Assembly (NCBI GenBank): GCA_017508305.1
Contig: JAFVZF010000119.1
Span: forward strand, 34-64,033
Direction of reading: 5' to 3'
From: Paludibacteraceae bacterium
GTDB taxonomy: Bacteria > Bacteroidota > Bacteroidia > Bacteroidales > Paludibacteraceae
DNA: 64,000 nucleotides
Part shown: in pieces, positions 18,575-28,700 of the stretch
Layout of the letters: every line of letters begins with the position of its first letter
Position numbering within the stretch: position 1 is the first letter of the stretch
Translations under genes and position numbers: made by a program
Notes under the pieces: model-generated
The model's input: the letters and a program-made list of their open reading frames with translations, nothing else
What the model was told of the DNA's origin: nothing
The model's database searches: none

Positions 18575-20252
18575 GTTGTGCGTTATTTTGTATGGTTTCT
18601 GCAATATGTAGCATTTCTTTGGCTTTTTCGGTATCGCCCAATTGTTGGAGCAACATGCCATAGTCGTAGTACAATTCGTAATGCTGTTGCTCCTTATCGT
18701 ACTCGATGGCTTGTTGTAGGTAAAATTTTGCATGACTCCATTTTCCTTGTAGCATCAGAATGTATCCGTAAGTATGCAAATAAGAACTGTTGAGTGGTTC
18801 TGCTTTGATGGTTTTGGCGCTGATGGCCTCGGCTTTGTCCAAGTCTTTTTTTAGCAAGGCAAGGTAAAAGGCATAGTTGTTATGAATCAGCGCATCGTCC
18901 GGAAAATCGTTTAATATCATTTCCAATAAGGCGGCACTCTTTTCGTAATCTTCTTGGTAACCATAAAGCCCACTAAGGGTAGTACAGACGGTATAGATGG
19001 TATGTTTGTCCTCGACCATACCAAGCGAAGCTTCTGCCGCTTTGGCCTCTGTGATCCAATCTTTGCCTAAATCGTAATAAACGGCGGCTTTGGCACACAA
19101 AAAGTAGGCGTCATCGGGCAATCCTTTTAGTGCCTCATCTGCCACGCGTAAAACCTCCTCTTTGTCATTCTTTGCAAATGCCAAATCGAGTAGAAATTTA
19201 TGGCAAGCAGCGCACGATGGCAGTAAATTGGTACAAGTGGTTAGCGCCGCCTTGGCATCTTCGGGGCGTTCTTGTTGTATTAAAAAATCGCTGTATAGCA
19301 ACCACACCTGCTCATTGCTGTTGTCTGCCAAAATCATTTTTTGGTAGATGGTTTCAATAATCTGTTGAAAATTGGGACGAGGTTGGTACAACTTGTAGCA
19401 AGCCTGCAATAGGGCAGTCTTTTCCTCCCAACTTACCTCTTTCGATGCAAAAAGCAGCAAAATACATTCGTCCAATTTTGCAAAATTGCCCGATCGGTCG
19501 TATGCGTCCGATAGGTAGCGTAGGGCGTTGATATTTTCGGGATTCAGCTCAAGCGCCTTTTCGTAGCAGTCGATAGCATACTGAAGGGTGTCCGGCATAA
19601 AGGTTTGCCACATTACCCCCTCTCTAAAATACAGATCGTCGTTAAGCGGAAACTTTTGGTGCAGTAGTTCAAACTGTTGTCTCATTTCCTCAAATTGCCC
19701 TTGTAGCGCCATTACGTATATCTTCTCCAACGACATTTCGGCAGTTATCCCAATGCGTTGCTCCAGCAGCTGGTAGGTTTTGATGCTTTTGGGATAGTCG
19801 CCTAATTGCAAGTAGCACCTGCTAAGCATGTAAATGGGATATTCCTTATCGGGAAACTTTTTACAAATAGTTTGGTATACCTTGGTGGCTTCTTTGTATT
19901 GCGATCGGGCGGTGTACCATTCTGCCAACGTCGAGTGGTAAAAATAGTTGCTGCTATTGTAGCGAATGGCCTTTTTAAGTTGCTTAATGGCGGCAGTAGT
20001 GTCCCCTTGTAGTGCATAGATTCCTGCCAGTTGATAGGCAACCACTGCACTTTTGGGCTGTAGTTTTTGGCATTTTTTAAAGCACTCTCCTGAGGGACGC
20101 AAACTGTCTGATTGCAAGTAACAAAGCCCCTCCATAAATAGGCTGTCAAACTCGGTGGTATAAAACAAGCGTTCTGCTATTTGTTTTTTTGCCATAGTAG
20201 GCGACAACAAACAACAGAACAATAAAAGCGTTAATATCGTATGCTTGTTCAC
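18534..20252 (-). CDS. Tetratricopeptide-repeat (TPR) protein
   Basis: Repeated TPR-like A/Y/L patterns run throughout. I prefer the GTG at 20250-20252, which overlaps the dut stop (GTGA) and gives the signal-like [21 protein letters not shown]. An alternative ATG lies at 20193-20195. Confidence 0.7.
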   Translation of the reverse strand: MNKHTILTLLLFCCLLSPTMAKKQIAERLFYTTEFDSLFMEGLCYLQSDSLRPSGECFKKCQKLQPKSAVVAYQLAGIYALQGDTTAAIKQLKKAIRYNSSNYFYHSTLAEWYTARSQYKEATKVYQTICKKFPDKEYPIYMLSRCYLQLGDYPKSIKTYQLLEQRIGITAEMSLEKIYVMALQGQFEEMRQQFELLHQKFPLNDDLYFREGVMWQTFMPDTLQYAIDCYEKALELNPENINALRYLSDAYDRSGNFAKLDECILLLFASKEVSWEEKTALLQACYKLYQPRPNFQQIIETIYQKMILADNSNEQVWLLYSDFLIQQERPEDAKAALTTCTNLLPSCAACHKFLLDLAFAKNDKEEVLRVADEALKGLPDDAYFLCAKAAVYYDLGKDWITEAKAAEASLGMVEDKHTIYTVCTTLSGLYGYQEDYEKSAALLEMILNDFPDDALIHNNYAFYLALLKKDLDKAEAISAKTIKAEPLNSSYLHTYGYILMLQGKWSHAKFYLQQAIEYDKEQQHYELYYDYGMLLQQLGDTEKAKEMLHIAETIQNNAQHENTQNNMLDSRH

Positions 20253-20686
20253 TTTTTCCCGGTATGACCAAACCCGCCTTCGCCCCTTTCGGTTTGCGAT
20301 AGTTGTTCGGCAACTGTCCACGAAGCGGTGGCATGTTCGGCAATGACCATTTGACAAATGCGCTCACCGTTTTCGATGACAAAAGGTTCGTTTGATAAGT
20401 TAATTAGAATGACACCGATTTCGCCTCGATAGTCGGCATCGATGGTGCCCGGCGTATTGAGTACGGTAATGCCTTTTTTTAGAGCCAATCCACTGCGTGG
20501 ACGTATTTGGGCTTCGTAGCCAGCAGGAAGCTCGATGTACAAACCGGTGGGAATCAATTTGCGCTCCATAGGTTTTAACTCTACAGGCTCGCTTAAAAAT
20601 GCGCGTAAATCCATACCTGCCGAAAGTTCGGTTGCATAGGCAGGTAGTGGATTATTACTTTTATTGATAATAGGAATTTGCACCAT
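20249..20686 (-). CDS. dut: dUTP diphosphatase
   Basis: 145 aa. Motifs [30 protein letters not shown] and the C-terminal [11 protein letters not shown]. Confidence 0.96.
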   Translation of the reverse strand: MVQIPIINKSNNPLPAYATELSAGMDLRAFLSEPVELKPMERKLIPTGLYIELPAGYEAQIRPRSGLALKKGITVLNTPGTIDADYRGEIGVILINLSNEPFVIENGERICQMVIAEHATASWTVAEQLSQTERGEGGFGHTGKK

Positions 20687-20694
20687 AAGCTGTC

Positions 20695-21216
20695 TTATTC
20701 TTTGTTAGCAAGTGGAGCGGGAGTAGCGTATGTGCGCGCCGCCAACTCCTTGTCAAACATATACAAGCCATAACCATGATCGCCATTTTTTTTAAGGTCG
20801 TCGATGTAGTTACGGGCAGTTTCTTCTTCTTCTACTTGTTCGTCGATAAACCACTTAAGCATGCTTTGCGAAGCGTAATCATTTTCTTGCACTGCCAAGG
20901 TGTACAAATCGTTAATCATGGCAGTAACTTTCTTTTCGTGCTCCAATGTATGTTTAAAGGCATCGATAATCGAATCCCATTCGGTGGGAACTTCGGCAAT
21001 AGGCATTAAGGTTACCTTACCATCGTGCGCATTTACATAATTCATCAAAATGGTAGCATGGTCTTGCTCCTCTTTGAATTGAACTGCAAACCAATTGGCA
21101 GTGCCATTGTAACTTGCATTTTCAAAATGCATAGACATGGACAAATATAGGTAAGCCGACCATAGTTCGGCGTTGATTTGGGCATTTAATGCCGCTTCCA
21201 TCTTTTTAGTTAACAT
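20695..21216 (-). CDS. ftnA: Ferritin (non-heme, bacterial)
   Basis: 173 aa. [19 protein letters not shown]...FKEEQDHA matches ferritin di-iron ligand spacing. A strong AAGGAGG lies 5 nt upstream of the ATG. Confidence 0.9.
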   Translation of the reverse strand: MLTKKMEAALNAQINAELWSAYLYLSMSMHFENASYNGTANWFAVQFKEEQDHATILMNYVNAHDGKVTLMPIAEVPTEWDSIIDAFKHTLEHEKKVTAMINDLYTLAVQENDYASQSMLKWFIDEQVEEEETARNYIDDLKKNGDHGYGLYMFDKELAARTYATPAPLANKE

Positions 21217-21339
21217 AGTAACCTCCTTTTGTTAAATTACATCTACAAAAGTAGCTTATTTCCATCAAAAAACCTAACAGGTAGCCTGCTCTAATCTATA
21301 AAAAATCATAACAAGGTTTTAATAACGTTCCGATATTTG

Positions 21340-21347
21340 TATCTTTG
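21340..21347 (+). promoter_or_regulatory. Candidate -7 box (TATCTTTG) upstream of the antiporter gene
   Basis: Matches TAnnTTTG. Motif match only. Confidence 0.3.
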
Positions 21348-21377
21348 CCCCATTAAATTGTAGAATCAGTTAAGCAA

Positions 21378-21478
21378 TCACCTCATCACCAAATAACCAA
21401 AAGTTGCGATTAGGCGATTAAACGATTAGGCGTGAGCGAAGCGAGCAAATAAACGACTAAACGACTAAACGACTAAAC
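21378..21478. repeat. Word arrays (CACC/AAATAACC, CGATTAGG/CGATTAAA, AAACGACT x3) flanking a degenerate core fragment (gcgtgagcgaagcgagc)
   Basis: Read directly. It ends 8 nt before the ATG at 21486. Confidence 0.8.
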
Positions 21479-21485
21479 AAATAAT

Positions 21486-22966
21486 ATGACTTTTCTAACC
21501 TCTGGAAACATCCTTCTTATAGGATCGATTCTCATTTTTAGCAGCATTCTCATTACCAAGGCAGGAGGCCGATTTGGTATGCCCGCATTGCTATTGTTCT
21601 TGTTGGCAGGTATGCTGTTTGGAGTGGATGGTGTTGGCATAGTGTTTAACAATGTAAGGCAGGCTCAGTTTGTGGGTATGATAGCCCTTTGCGTTATCTT
21701 GTTTGCAGGGGGGATGGAAACTCGTTTTAGTGATATTAAGCCGGTGTTATCCTCGGGATTGGCACTTTCTACCGTTGGGGTAATGCTTACCACTGCGCTA
21801 ACCGGTGGCTTTATTTACCTGCTATCCGAATGGCATACTTTTCCGTTGGCACTGCCTTTGGTTAGCTGTTTTTTGTTAGCCGCCACCATGTCTTCTACCG
21901 ATTCGGCATCGGTCTTTAATATCTTGCGCTCCAAAAATATTCGCCTCAAAAATAATATACAGCCCCTTTTAGAGTTAGAGAGTGGTAGCAATGACCCTAT
22001 GGCGTATATATTGACTATTGTATTGATACAAGTGGCGCACTCCATTTTTGGAGAAGCCAACACCGACATGGGAGCTACAGCTATGGTCATCAATGCGATG
22101 GTTGTATTGCTGCAACAATTTACAGTAGGTATTTTGGTAGGAGCCGTTATGGGGTATGCCGGTGTGTGGATCCTTAATCGCATAGAGCTGAAAAATATAC
22201 CGCTTAATTCTATTATGTTATTGAGCATTGTATTTTTTACTTTCTCATTTACCGATATGTTGGGTGGTAATGGCTATTTATCCGTTTATATAACGGGCAT
22301 TTTAATAGGCAACAATAAGGTCCCACACCGCAAACAAGTACTTTCCTTTTTTGATAGTTTAACGTGGATTGTGCAAATAGGCATGTTCCTTGTGTTGGGC
22401 CTACTCATCGATCCAAGTGAGATGATCAAATCGGCTCTCCCTGCCATTGCTATTGGCTTGTTTATGATGTTTGTAGCTCGTCCAATAAGTGTTTTTGCCA
22501 CGTTGCTTCCATTTAGAAGGATATCGAAAACCTCTAAACTTTTTGTATCGTGGGTGGGCTTGAGGGGAGCTGTCCCCATTATTTTGCCATGTATCCTGTG
22601 GTAGAAAAAGTGCCCGGATCCGAGCAAATTTTTGACATCGTTTTCTTTATTACCTTGCTATCATTGATTTTCCAAGGCAGTTCCATTGGCTATGTCGCAA
22701 AAAAATTAAACTTAACGCTTCCACCGATAGAAGAGAAACAGTTTGATTTAGATTTGCCCGACGAAGTAGGCGAATTGAGCGAAATGACCATTACGGCAGA
22801 GGTCTTGGCGGACAAAGGATCTACTTTAAAAGATTTTAAAATGCCCAAGGGTCTGTTGGTGTTGTTTATTAAACGCAACGACCGATTCATTGTGCCCAAC
22901 GGAAGTTTTGAGTTGCGCGAAGGCGATCACATGCTTATCGTAGCAGGCTCAGATTACGAAGGATAG
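21486..22966 (+). pseudogene. K+/H+ (cation:proton) antiporter NhaP2/CvrA-type with a C-terminal TrkA-C domain, split by a 1-nt frameshift
   Basis: ORF 21486..22604 ends ...WVGLRGAVPIILPCILW*. ORF 22550..22966 continues in another frame with ...YFAMYPVVEKVPGSEQIFDIVFFITLLSLIFQGSS and a TrkA-C-like tail. Adding one T to the T4 run at 22582-22585 restores a continuous ...GAVPIIFAMYPVV... reading. Confidence 0.65.
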
Positions 22967-23008
22967 CAAAATATCCCCTCAAAATATGCTATTGTGACGA
23001 TAATTTTA

Positions 23009-23016
23009 TAAATTTG
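23009..23016 (+). promoter_or_regulatory. Candidate -7 box (TAAATTTG) upstream of nadB
   Basis: Matches TAnnTTTG, 21 nt upstream of the ATG at 23037. Confidence 0.3.
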
Positions 23017-23036
23017 TGTGCTAAAAACTCAATGTC

Positions 23037-24611
23037 ATGGTACGCAAGTTTGATTTTATCGTAATAGGTAGCGGTATTGCAGGCATGAGTTTTGCCCTAA
23101 AAGTGGCAGACCATGGGAAAGTGGCAATTTTGTGCAAAACAAAATTAACAGAAGCCAATACCAATTTGGCACAAGGCGGTATTGCCTCTGTTACCAATGC
23201 AGCTACCGACAATTTTGACAAGCACGTAGCCGATACCCTTATTGCAGGCGATGGCATTTGCAACGAGGCAGTGGTGCGCAAAGTAGTAGAAGATGCTCCC
23301 CGCGAAATAGGCGAATTGGTAAAGTGGGGCGTAGACTTTGACAAAGACGAACAAGGAAACTTTGACCTACACAAGGAGGGAGGTCACTCCGAGTTTCGTA
23401 TCTTGCACCACAAGGACAGCACAGGAGCAGAAATCCAACGTTCTTTGGTAAAGCGCATCCAACAACACCCCAATATCGATGTTTTTGAAAACTACTTTGC
23501 CATCGAAATCATTACCCAACACCATTTAGGAAAATTAGTAAAGCATACCACGCCCGATATCGAATGTTATGGCGTGTACGTGCTCAATCCTCGTACCCGA
23601 AAGGTACATACCTTCTTATCCAAGGTAACCATGATGGCAACAGGTGGTATCGGGCAAATTTATCAAACCACTACCAATCCTCCCATTGCCACAGGCGATG
23701 GCATTGCTATGGTATACCGTGCCAAGGGCAGGGTAAACGATATGGAGTTTGTACAGTTTCATCCCACCTCTTTATACAACCCCGGCGAACATCCTTCTTT
23801 TTTAATTACCGAGGCGATGAGGGGCTATGGGGCTATTTTACGTACGCAAAAGGGAGTAGAATTTATGCACAAGTACGATGTGCGTGGTTCGCTTGCACCT
23901 CGCGATATAGTGGCACGAAGCATCGATACCGAAATGAAGTTGGCAGGCAACGATTATGTATACTTGGACGTAACACACAAAGATGCCGATCAGACCAAGG
24001 AGCATTTTCCTATGATTTACGAAAAATGCTTGAGTTTGGGCATTGATATTACCAAACAATACATTCCGGTAGTGCCAGCAGCGCACTATCTGTGTGGTGG
24101 TATAGCAGTGGATATGGATGCGCGCACCTCTATCAACCATTTGTACGCCGCAGGCGAATGTTCATGTACCGGTTTACACGGAGCCAACAGGTTGGCGTCC
24201 AATTCGCTCATCGAGGCAGTTGTTTATGCCGATGCGGCAGCACGTCATGCTCTTGGTGTGGTGGGCAGCATATCGCTTAACGAAAAGGTGCCACTTTGGA
24301 ACGACGAAGGTACATCGCTCAACGAAGAGTTGGTATTGATTACCCAAAGTAAAAAAGAGGTGGGACAAATTATGAGTAACTATGTAGGTATAGTGCGTTC
24401 TAATTTGCGCCTAAAAAGGGCATTTGACAGGCTCGAAATTTTGTACAAGGAAACAGAAGATTTGTTTGACCGATCGGTAGTTACCAAGGATATTTGTGAG
24501 CTTAGAAATATAATTACTACCGCCTACTTAGTGATTAAGATGGCAATGGAACGCAAAGAAAGTCGTGGATTGCACTACACCATCGACTATCCCGATAAGA
24601 TAGACCTTTAA
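23037..24611 (+). CDS. nadB: L-aspartate oxidase
   Basis: 524 aa. FAD motif FDFIVIGSGIAGMS, then AQGGIA, HPT..., RSID and GECSCTGLHGANRLASNSL. Confidence 0.94.
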   Translation: MVRKFDFIVIGSGIAGMSFALKVADHGKVAILCKTKLTEANTNLAQGGIASVTNAATDNFDKHVADTLIAGDGICNEAVVRKVVEDAPREIGELVKWGVDFDKDEQGNFDLHKEGGHSEFRILHHKDSTGAEIQRSLVKRIQQHPNIDVFENYFAIEIITQHHLGKLVKHTTPDIECYGVYVLNPRTRKVHTFLSKVTMMATGGIGQIYQTTTNPPIATGDGIAMVYRAKGRVNDMEFVQFHPTSLYNPGEHPSFLITEAMRGYGAILRTQKGVEFMHKYDVRGSLAPRDIVARSIDTEMKLAGNDYVYLDVTHKDADQTKEHFPMIYEKCLSLGIDITKQYIPVVPAAHYLCGGIAVDMDARTSINHLYAAGECSCTGLHGANRLASNSLIEAVVYADAAARHALGVVGSISLNEKVPLWNDEGTSLNEELVLITQSKKEVGQIMSNYVGIVRSNLRLKRAFDRLEILYKETEDLFDRSVVTKDICELRNIITTAYLVIKMAMERKESRGLHYTIDYPDKIDL

Positions 24612-24624
24612 ACTATAGATCCTG

Positions 24625-24666
24625 ACAACTAAAAGCCCCGCAGAAAACTGCGGGGCTTTTAGTTGT
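24625..24666. terminator. Bidirectional rho-independent terminator between nadB and the PorP/SprF gene
   Basis: Extended palindrome acaactAAAAGCCCCGCAG-aaaa-CTGCGGGGCTTTTagttgt. Confidence 0.8.
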
Positions 24667-24670
24667 CGTA

Positions 24671-25636
24671 TTATCTACAGAAGTGTTTTTGGTAGCAGAA
24701 GGTGTATCCCAACATAATTTCGTGGGTACCATAGTTCTGTGTTACCAAATTGTTCAAGTCGAGGCTAAATGCGTAGCCCAATTGGAACTGCCCAATTCTA
24801 AAACCGCACATGGGCATCAATACCATGGCCTGAATATTATTGGGATTCCAACAATGTCTGTACGATGCCTGCACCCAATAGCCCCAATCTTTGTCTACGT
24901 CATGACCAAATTTAAGGTTTAAGTCCATGTTTACCTCAAGGTATTGGTTCATTTTAAGCATCGCCATTGGTTCTATGTACTTGTCTTTACGTGCACCTAA
25001 ATCGAAGGTGTAGCCCCCAAACAAGAAGCCTGTAAAAGGAGCCGGAAGTTCCTTATCACCATAAATATCGGCAGCAAGCGGAATCAAGTTAGTAAGCGAT
25101 AGTCCTACAAAACCACCGTACGACTTATAGTATACGCCAAAATTAGCATTGGGCAAGAAACCATCGCGGTTGTTAAAGGCAATGTCTTGCATGGCATCGG
25201 GGTCGTCGATAAACAGTTGATCGTTTATGTAAAAGTAGCTAAACTTAAACGAAACACCAAACGAAAATTGTCTGTCGTATGATACCTTTTTGGAGTATCT
25301 TCTACCTTTGGATAACGGAATGTGATAGGCCAACGACACCTGACCACCTGCCTTGCTGGTGTAACCGTTACGGTCGTGAAATAGGTAAGCACCGATACCT
25401 ACGTTTTTCCAAACACGGGTCTTAAACGAGAGCAATTGTGTCATGGGAAAATCGTTCATACCTGCCCATTGCATTTTATTGCTTACCATTAAGTGAGAAC
25501 AAGGTTCTGCGCCTGCCAATGCGGGGTTAACAAGGTAGTAGTTAAAATGATACTGATTGTAAATTAACTCTTCTTGTGCAGATAGCTTGCCTGCCGCAAG
25601 TAAAGCTAATAATAGTATGCATACGTACTTTTTCAT
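24671..25636 (-). CDS. PorP/SprF family type IX secretion system membrane protein
   Basis: 321 aa. Signal peptide followed by QEELIYNQYHFNYYLVNPALAG, typical of the family. Beta-barrel-like sequence. It lies immediately downstream of a type-B-CTD cargo gene. Confidence 0.85.
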   Translation of the reverse strand: MKKYVCILLLALLAAGKLSAQEELIYNQYHFNYYLVNPALAGAEPCSHLMVSNKMQWAGMNDFPMTQLLSFKTRVWKNVGIGAYLFHDRNGYTSKAGGQVSLAYHIPLSKGRRYSKKVSYDRQFSFGVSFKFSYFYINDQLFIDDPDAMQDIAFNNRDGFLPNANFGVYYKSYGGFVGLSLTNLIPLAADIYGDKELPAPFTGFLFGGYTFDLGARKDKYIEPMAMLKMNQYLEVNMDLNLKFGHDVDKDWGYWVQASYRHCWNPNNIQAMVLMPMCGFRIGQFQLGYAFSLDLNNLVTQNYGTHEIMLGYTFCYQKHFCR

Positions 25637-25707
25637 AGTGTAAAGATAGTATTTATTTTATATGGTTTACAAACTTGAGTTATCTTCTTTATAAGTCGAC
25701 CACTTTC

Positions 25708-28700
25708 TTAACGTTTAAGAGTAAAGTGTCCGGTGTATTGTTTTCTTATTTCTTCGACCGTAATTAAGTACCAATAGTCGTCGCTGGGCATTTGGTGTCC
25801 ATTGTAGGTGCCATCCCAACCAAAAGGTTCACTGCCACTGATGCTTTCTGCACTAAACGATCCGGTGCGGTATTCGTATAGTCTACGACCATATCTGTCA
25901 TAAATTTCTACAATATACGATGTGTATTGATCCAAATTTTCTACTGTCCACAATTCAGATTTAGCATCACCTTCGCCATTGGGTGTAAAGTACTTTTTGG
26001 GTAGTACCGGAATAGGACTTATTTCAAAGAGTGAATCTACTTCGCATCCTACGGCATCCACTACGTACATACGGTGATAGCCAATAGGAACTTCGCCTAT
26101 AACTCGGTACGAGTAGGGAACTTCCTTGCTGTCAATGTAGAAGGTGTATTCGGGTGTTCCGCCGGTGGCATCCACGGTAACTTCTCTAATGTCTGTCTCT
26201 TCCAGTTGTGTAATAGTAGGACGTGGATTTACTTTTACGTAAATAGAGTCGCTGGTAGAACATACATCCGAGAAAATAGCTACGTAATACCATGTATCTA
26301 CATTGGGGGATGCTTTGGTTTGTTGTTTTTCGGGAGTAGCAAGATCCTTGGCAGGCGCCCATTTGTAATTGTAGTTGCCCGATGTGTGTACCTCTAAGGT
26401 AGCTTCGTCGCCATCACAAATGGTGGTGCTGTCGGCAAGTTGAGCAACAATACCCGGTTCTACTTCTACTTCTACTTCTTTTGTTGCTTGGCAAATGTCA
26501 ACTACCTTGGCGGTGTAGATTACCTTGCCTGTTTGTACGGGTTGTACTTCGTAGCTTGTGTCTGCCGATAGAGAGTCGGTGCCTAACCACCAGCTAAACG
26601 ATGCGCTTGGGTATTTTTGTAACGCATTGGTGGTAAGGGTGGTAGAATTGCCGGCGCATATCTTAGCAGGGTCGGCAGTAGCTGTAAATTCTATAGCCGC
26701 ATGTACGTTGGCAGTAGCAGTAGCACTGTTGTTACAAGTTCCGTTTGTTACCTCCACTGTGTAGGTTTTGGTTCCTTGCTCTTGCGGTTTGTATTGTTTT
26801 AGGTTTTTGCCCGATTCGCCTGTAATGGCTACGCCGTCTTCTAACCATTTATAGGTAGGATTGCTGCCCAATACGGTGGCGTCGCTGTTGATTACAGAAA
26901 GCGTATCGCCCAAACAAATATCCGATTTAGTTACGCTTAATACGGGTTGAGGTTTTTTGTCAACATTGATGGTAATGGTATTTTCGCCATCGCAAGGACC
27001 ATTTTTCAAAACAGCCTTATAGGTAGTGTTAGCGGTAAGTGCATCGGTGTCGTTTAGTGTATTGCCCGATACGCCACTTACCAGCACATCGTTTTTGTAC
27101 CATTCAAACGACTCGCCGGTAAGTAATTCGCGCTCTGCTTTGATGGTAACGTTGGTGCCTTCGCATACAGTAGTACCTTGTTGGCAAGACATTTCAAATT
27201 TAATCTTGTCGCCTACGGCTACTTCGATAGTTTGAGAGCTACCACAAGCGGTTACATCGCCAATGGTTAGTTTGTAGGTAACCGTGCCTTCTGTAGTACC
27301 TACCGAACTATCCTTATAAATTAGTTCGGTAGTGCCGGCTGTAAGTGTACCGGTTTTTACTTCGGTGCCGTTCTTTTCCCACTTGTAGTTGCCGCTGCCG
27401 CTGGTAATGGTTGCTTTGATGTCTGCTTGGGGCGCAGTGGTACATACCATGGCGGGTGCGCTTAGGGTAAATTGGGTGTTTTCGCTCAATGCGTACGTAG
27501 CGTCTACGCTATTTTCGCATGCGGAGGCTGACGATGCTTTGACACGAATTTTACCCGATACAGCTGCAGTTTGCTTGGCAATGGTGTATGTTTTGCTATT
27601 GTCGTTATTAAGGTCGGTTTCGGTACCACTGGCATCCACGCTGTACCATTTGATGGTAGCACCATTTGGAACAGTTACGGTAAAGGTGCGCGAAGCATCG
27701 CTTTCAAAGTTAGCCCAACAACCACTAATAGAAGATTTGTCAATAGTTAGTGTAATCTTGTCTTTTACAGTAACGGTTAGTTCGGTTTTTTCGCTTTCGC
27801 AATATTCGTCACCGGTGGTTATGTCTTTGTCTTTTTGGTAAGTTACATAGTAGTGATAGGTGCCGGCAGTACTAACATCCACGGCTGTTGCCTCGGCAGC
27901 AGTCATGGGAGTAGTAGCAGTTTCGCTACTGTACCAGCGAATGGTACCTCCTGTTGTGGTGCTGGTAATTTGCTTGTGTAGATCCAATTTAGTGGTACTT
28001 GCACATTCGGTGTAGGGTTTTACTGTGGGAGCAGTAGAGGCTTCGCACAAGCATTTGTATGTAATCTTAATCGGATCAGATACGGCAGTTAATGCACCGC
28101 AACCTGTGTTTTGTGTGCCTGTTGTTGCAGATTCTTCTACAGCAGCTTTGGTAGCACCTACCCACACGCGGTAATATAATCCGTTTCTGTATCCAGTGGG
28201 ATCGACCGTAATAGTAATGGATTCTTGGGTAGTAGCTTCTGTGCCTACATTGCTCCAAGGTCCTGTCGCATTGTCTGAGGTTTGGAACAAATAGTGGGGT
28301 GTGTTAAAGAATTCTTTTAAATCATAATCGGCAAGTGCATCCAATGTTAAATCTTGGTTGGCGCCTGCGTTACATACCACTACTTGGGGTTCGTGCTTGT
28401 GTTGGCTGTCGTTGTTCGAATAAATTTGAATCTCAGGACTACACGCACTAAACAGAATATCGTCGATACCAATATCATTACCAACAACGGTGGTTTCTGT
28501 TCCTTGGTAGTTGTTTTCGATGGTCAGCACAAACCGGGTGTTGGTGCCCGAGTTAAACGAACCGCCTTTGGGGGTCCAGTCGGTACCTACACCAAGGTTG
28601 CCCGTAGATGTTTTTACCAATTCCTTGCCACTGGGGTATCCCACTACCTTAAACGTAGCATTTACCGGCGCGTGCCCATCGGTGTTGTCCACGTTGGTAA

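Noticed and set aside
18575-18733. Long N-terminal extensions of the DUF4292 lipoprotein ORF (and, at 20253..20357, of the TPR ORF)
   Set aside because: The extensions run through the 3' ends of the upstream genes and lack signal peptides. Internal starts give a clean lipobox or signal sequence and tight gene coupling.
22550-22966. A separate 138-aa TrkA-C-like gene
   Set aside because: Its N-terminal residues continue the antiporter's last TM region once a 1-nt frameshift at the T-run 22582-22585 is allowed. I treat it as the second half of one disrupted gene.
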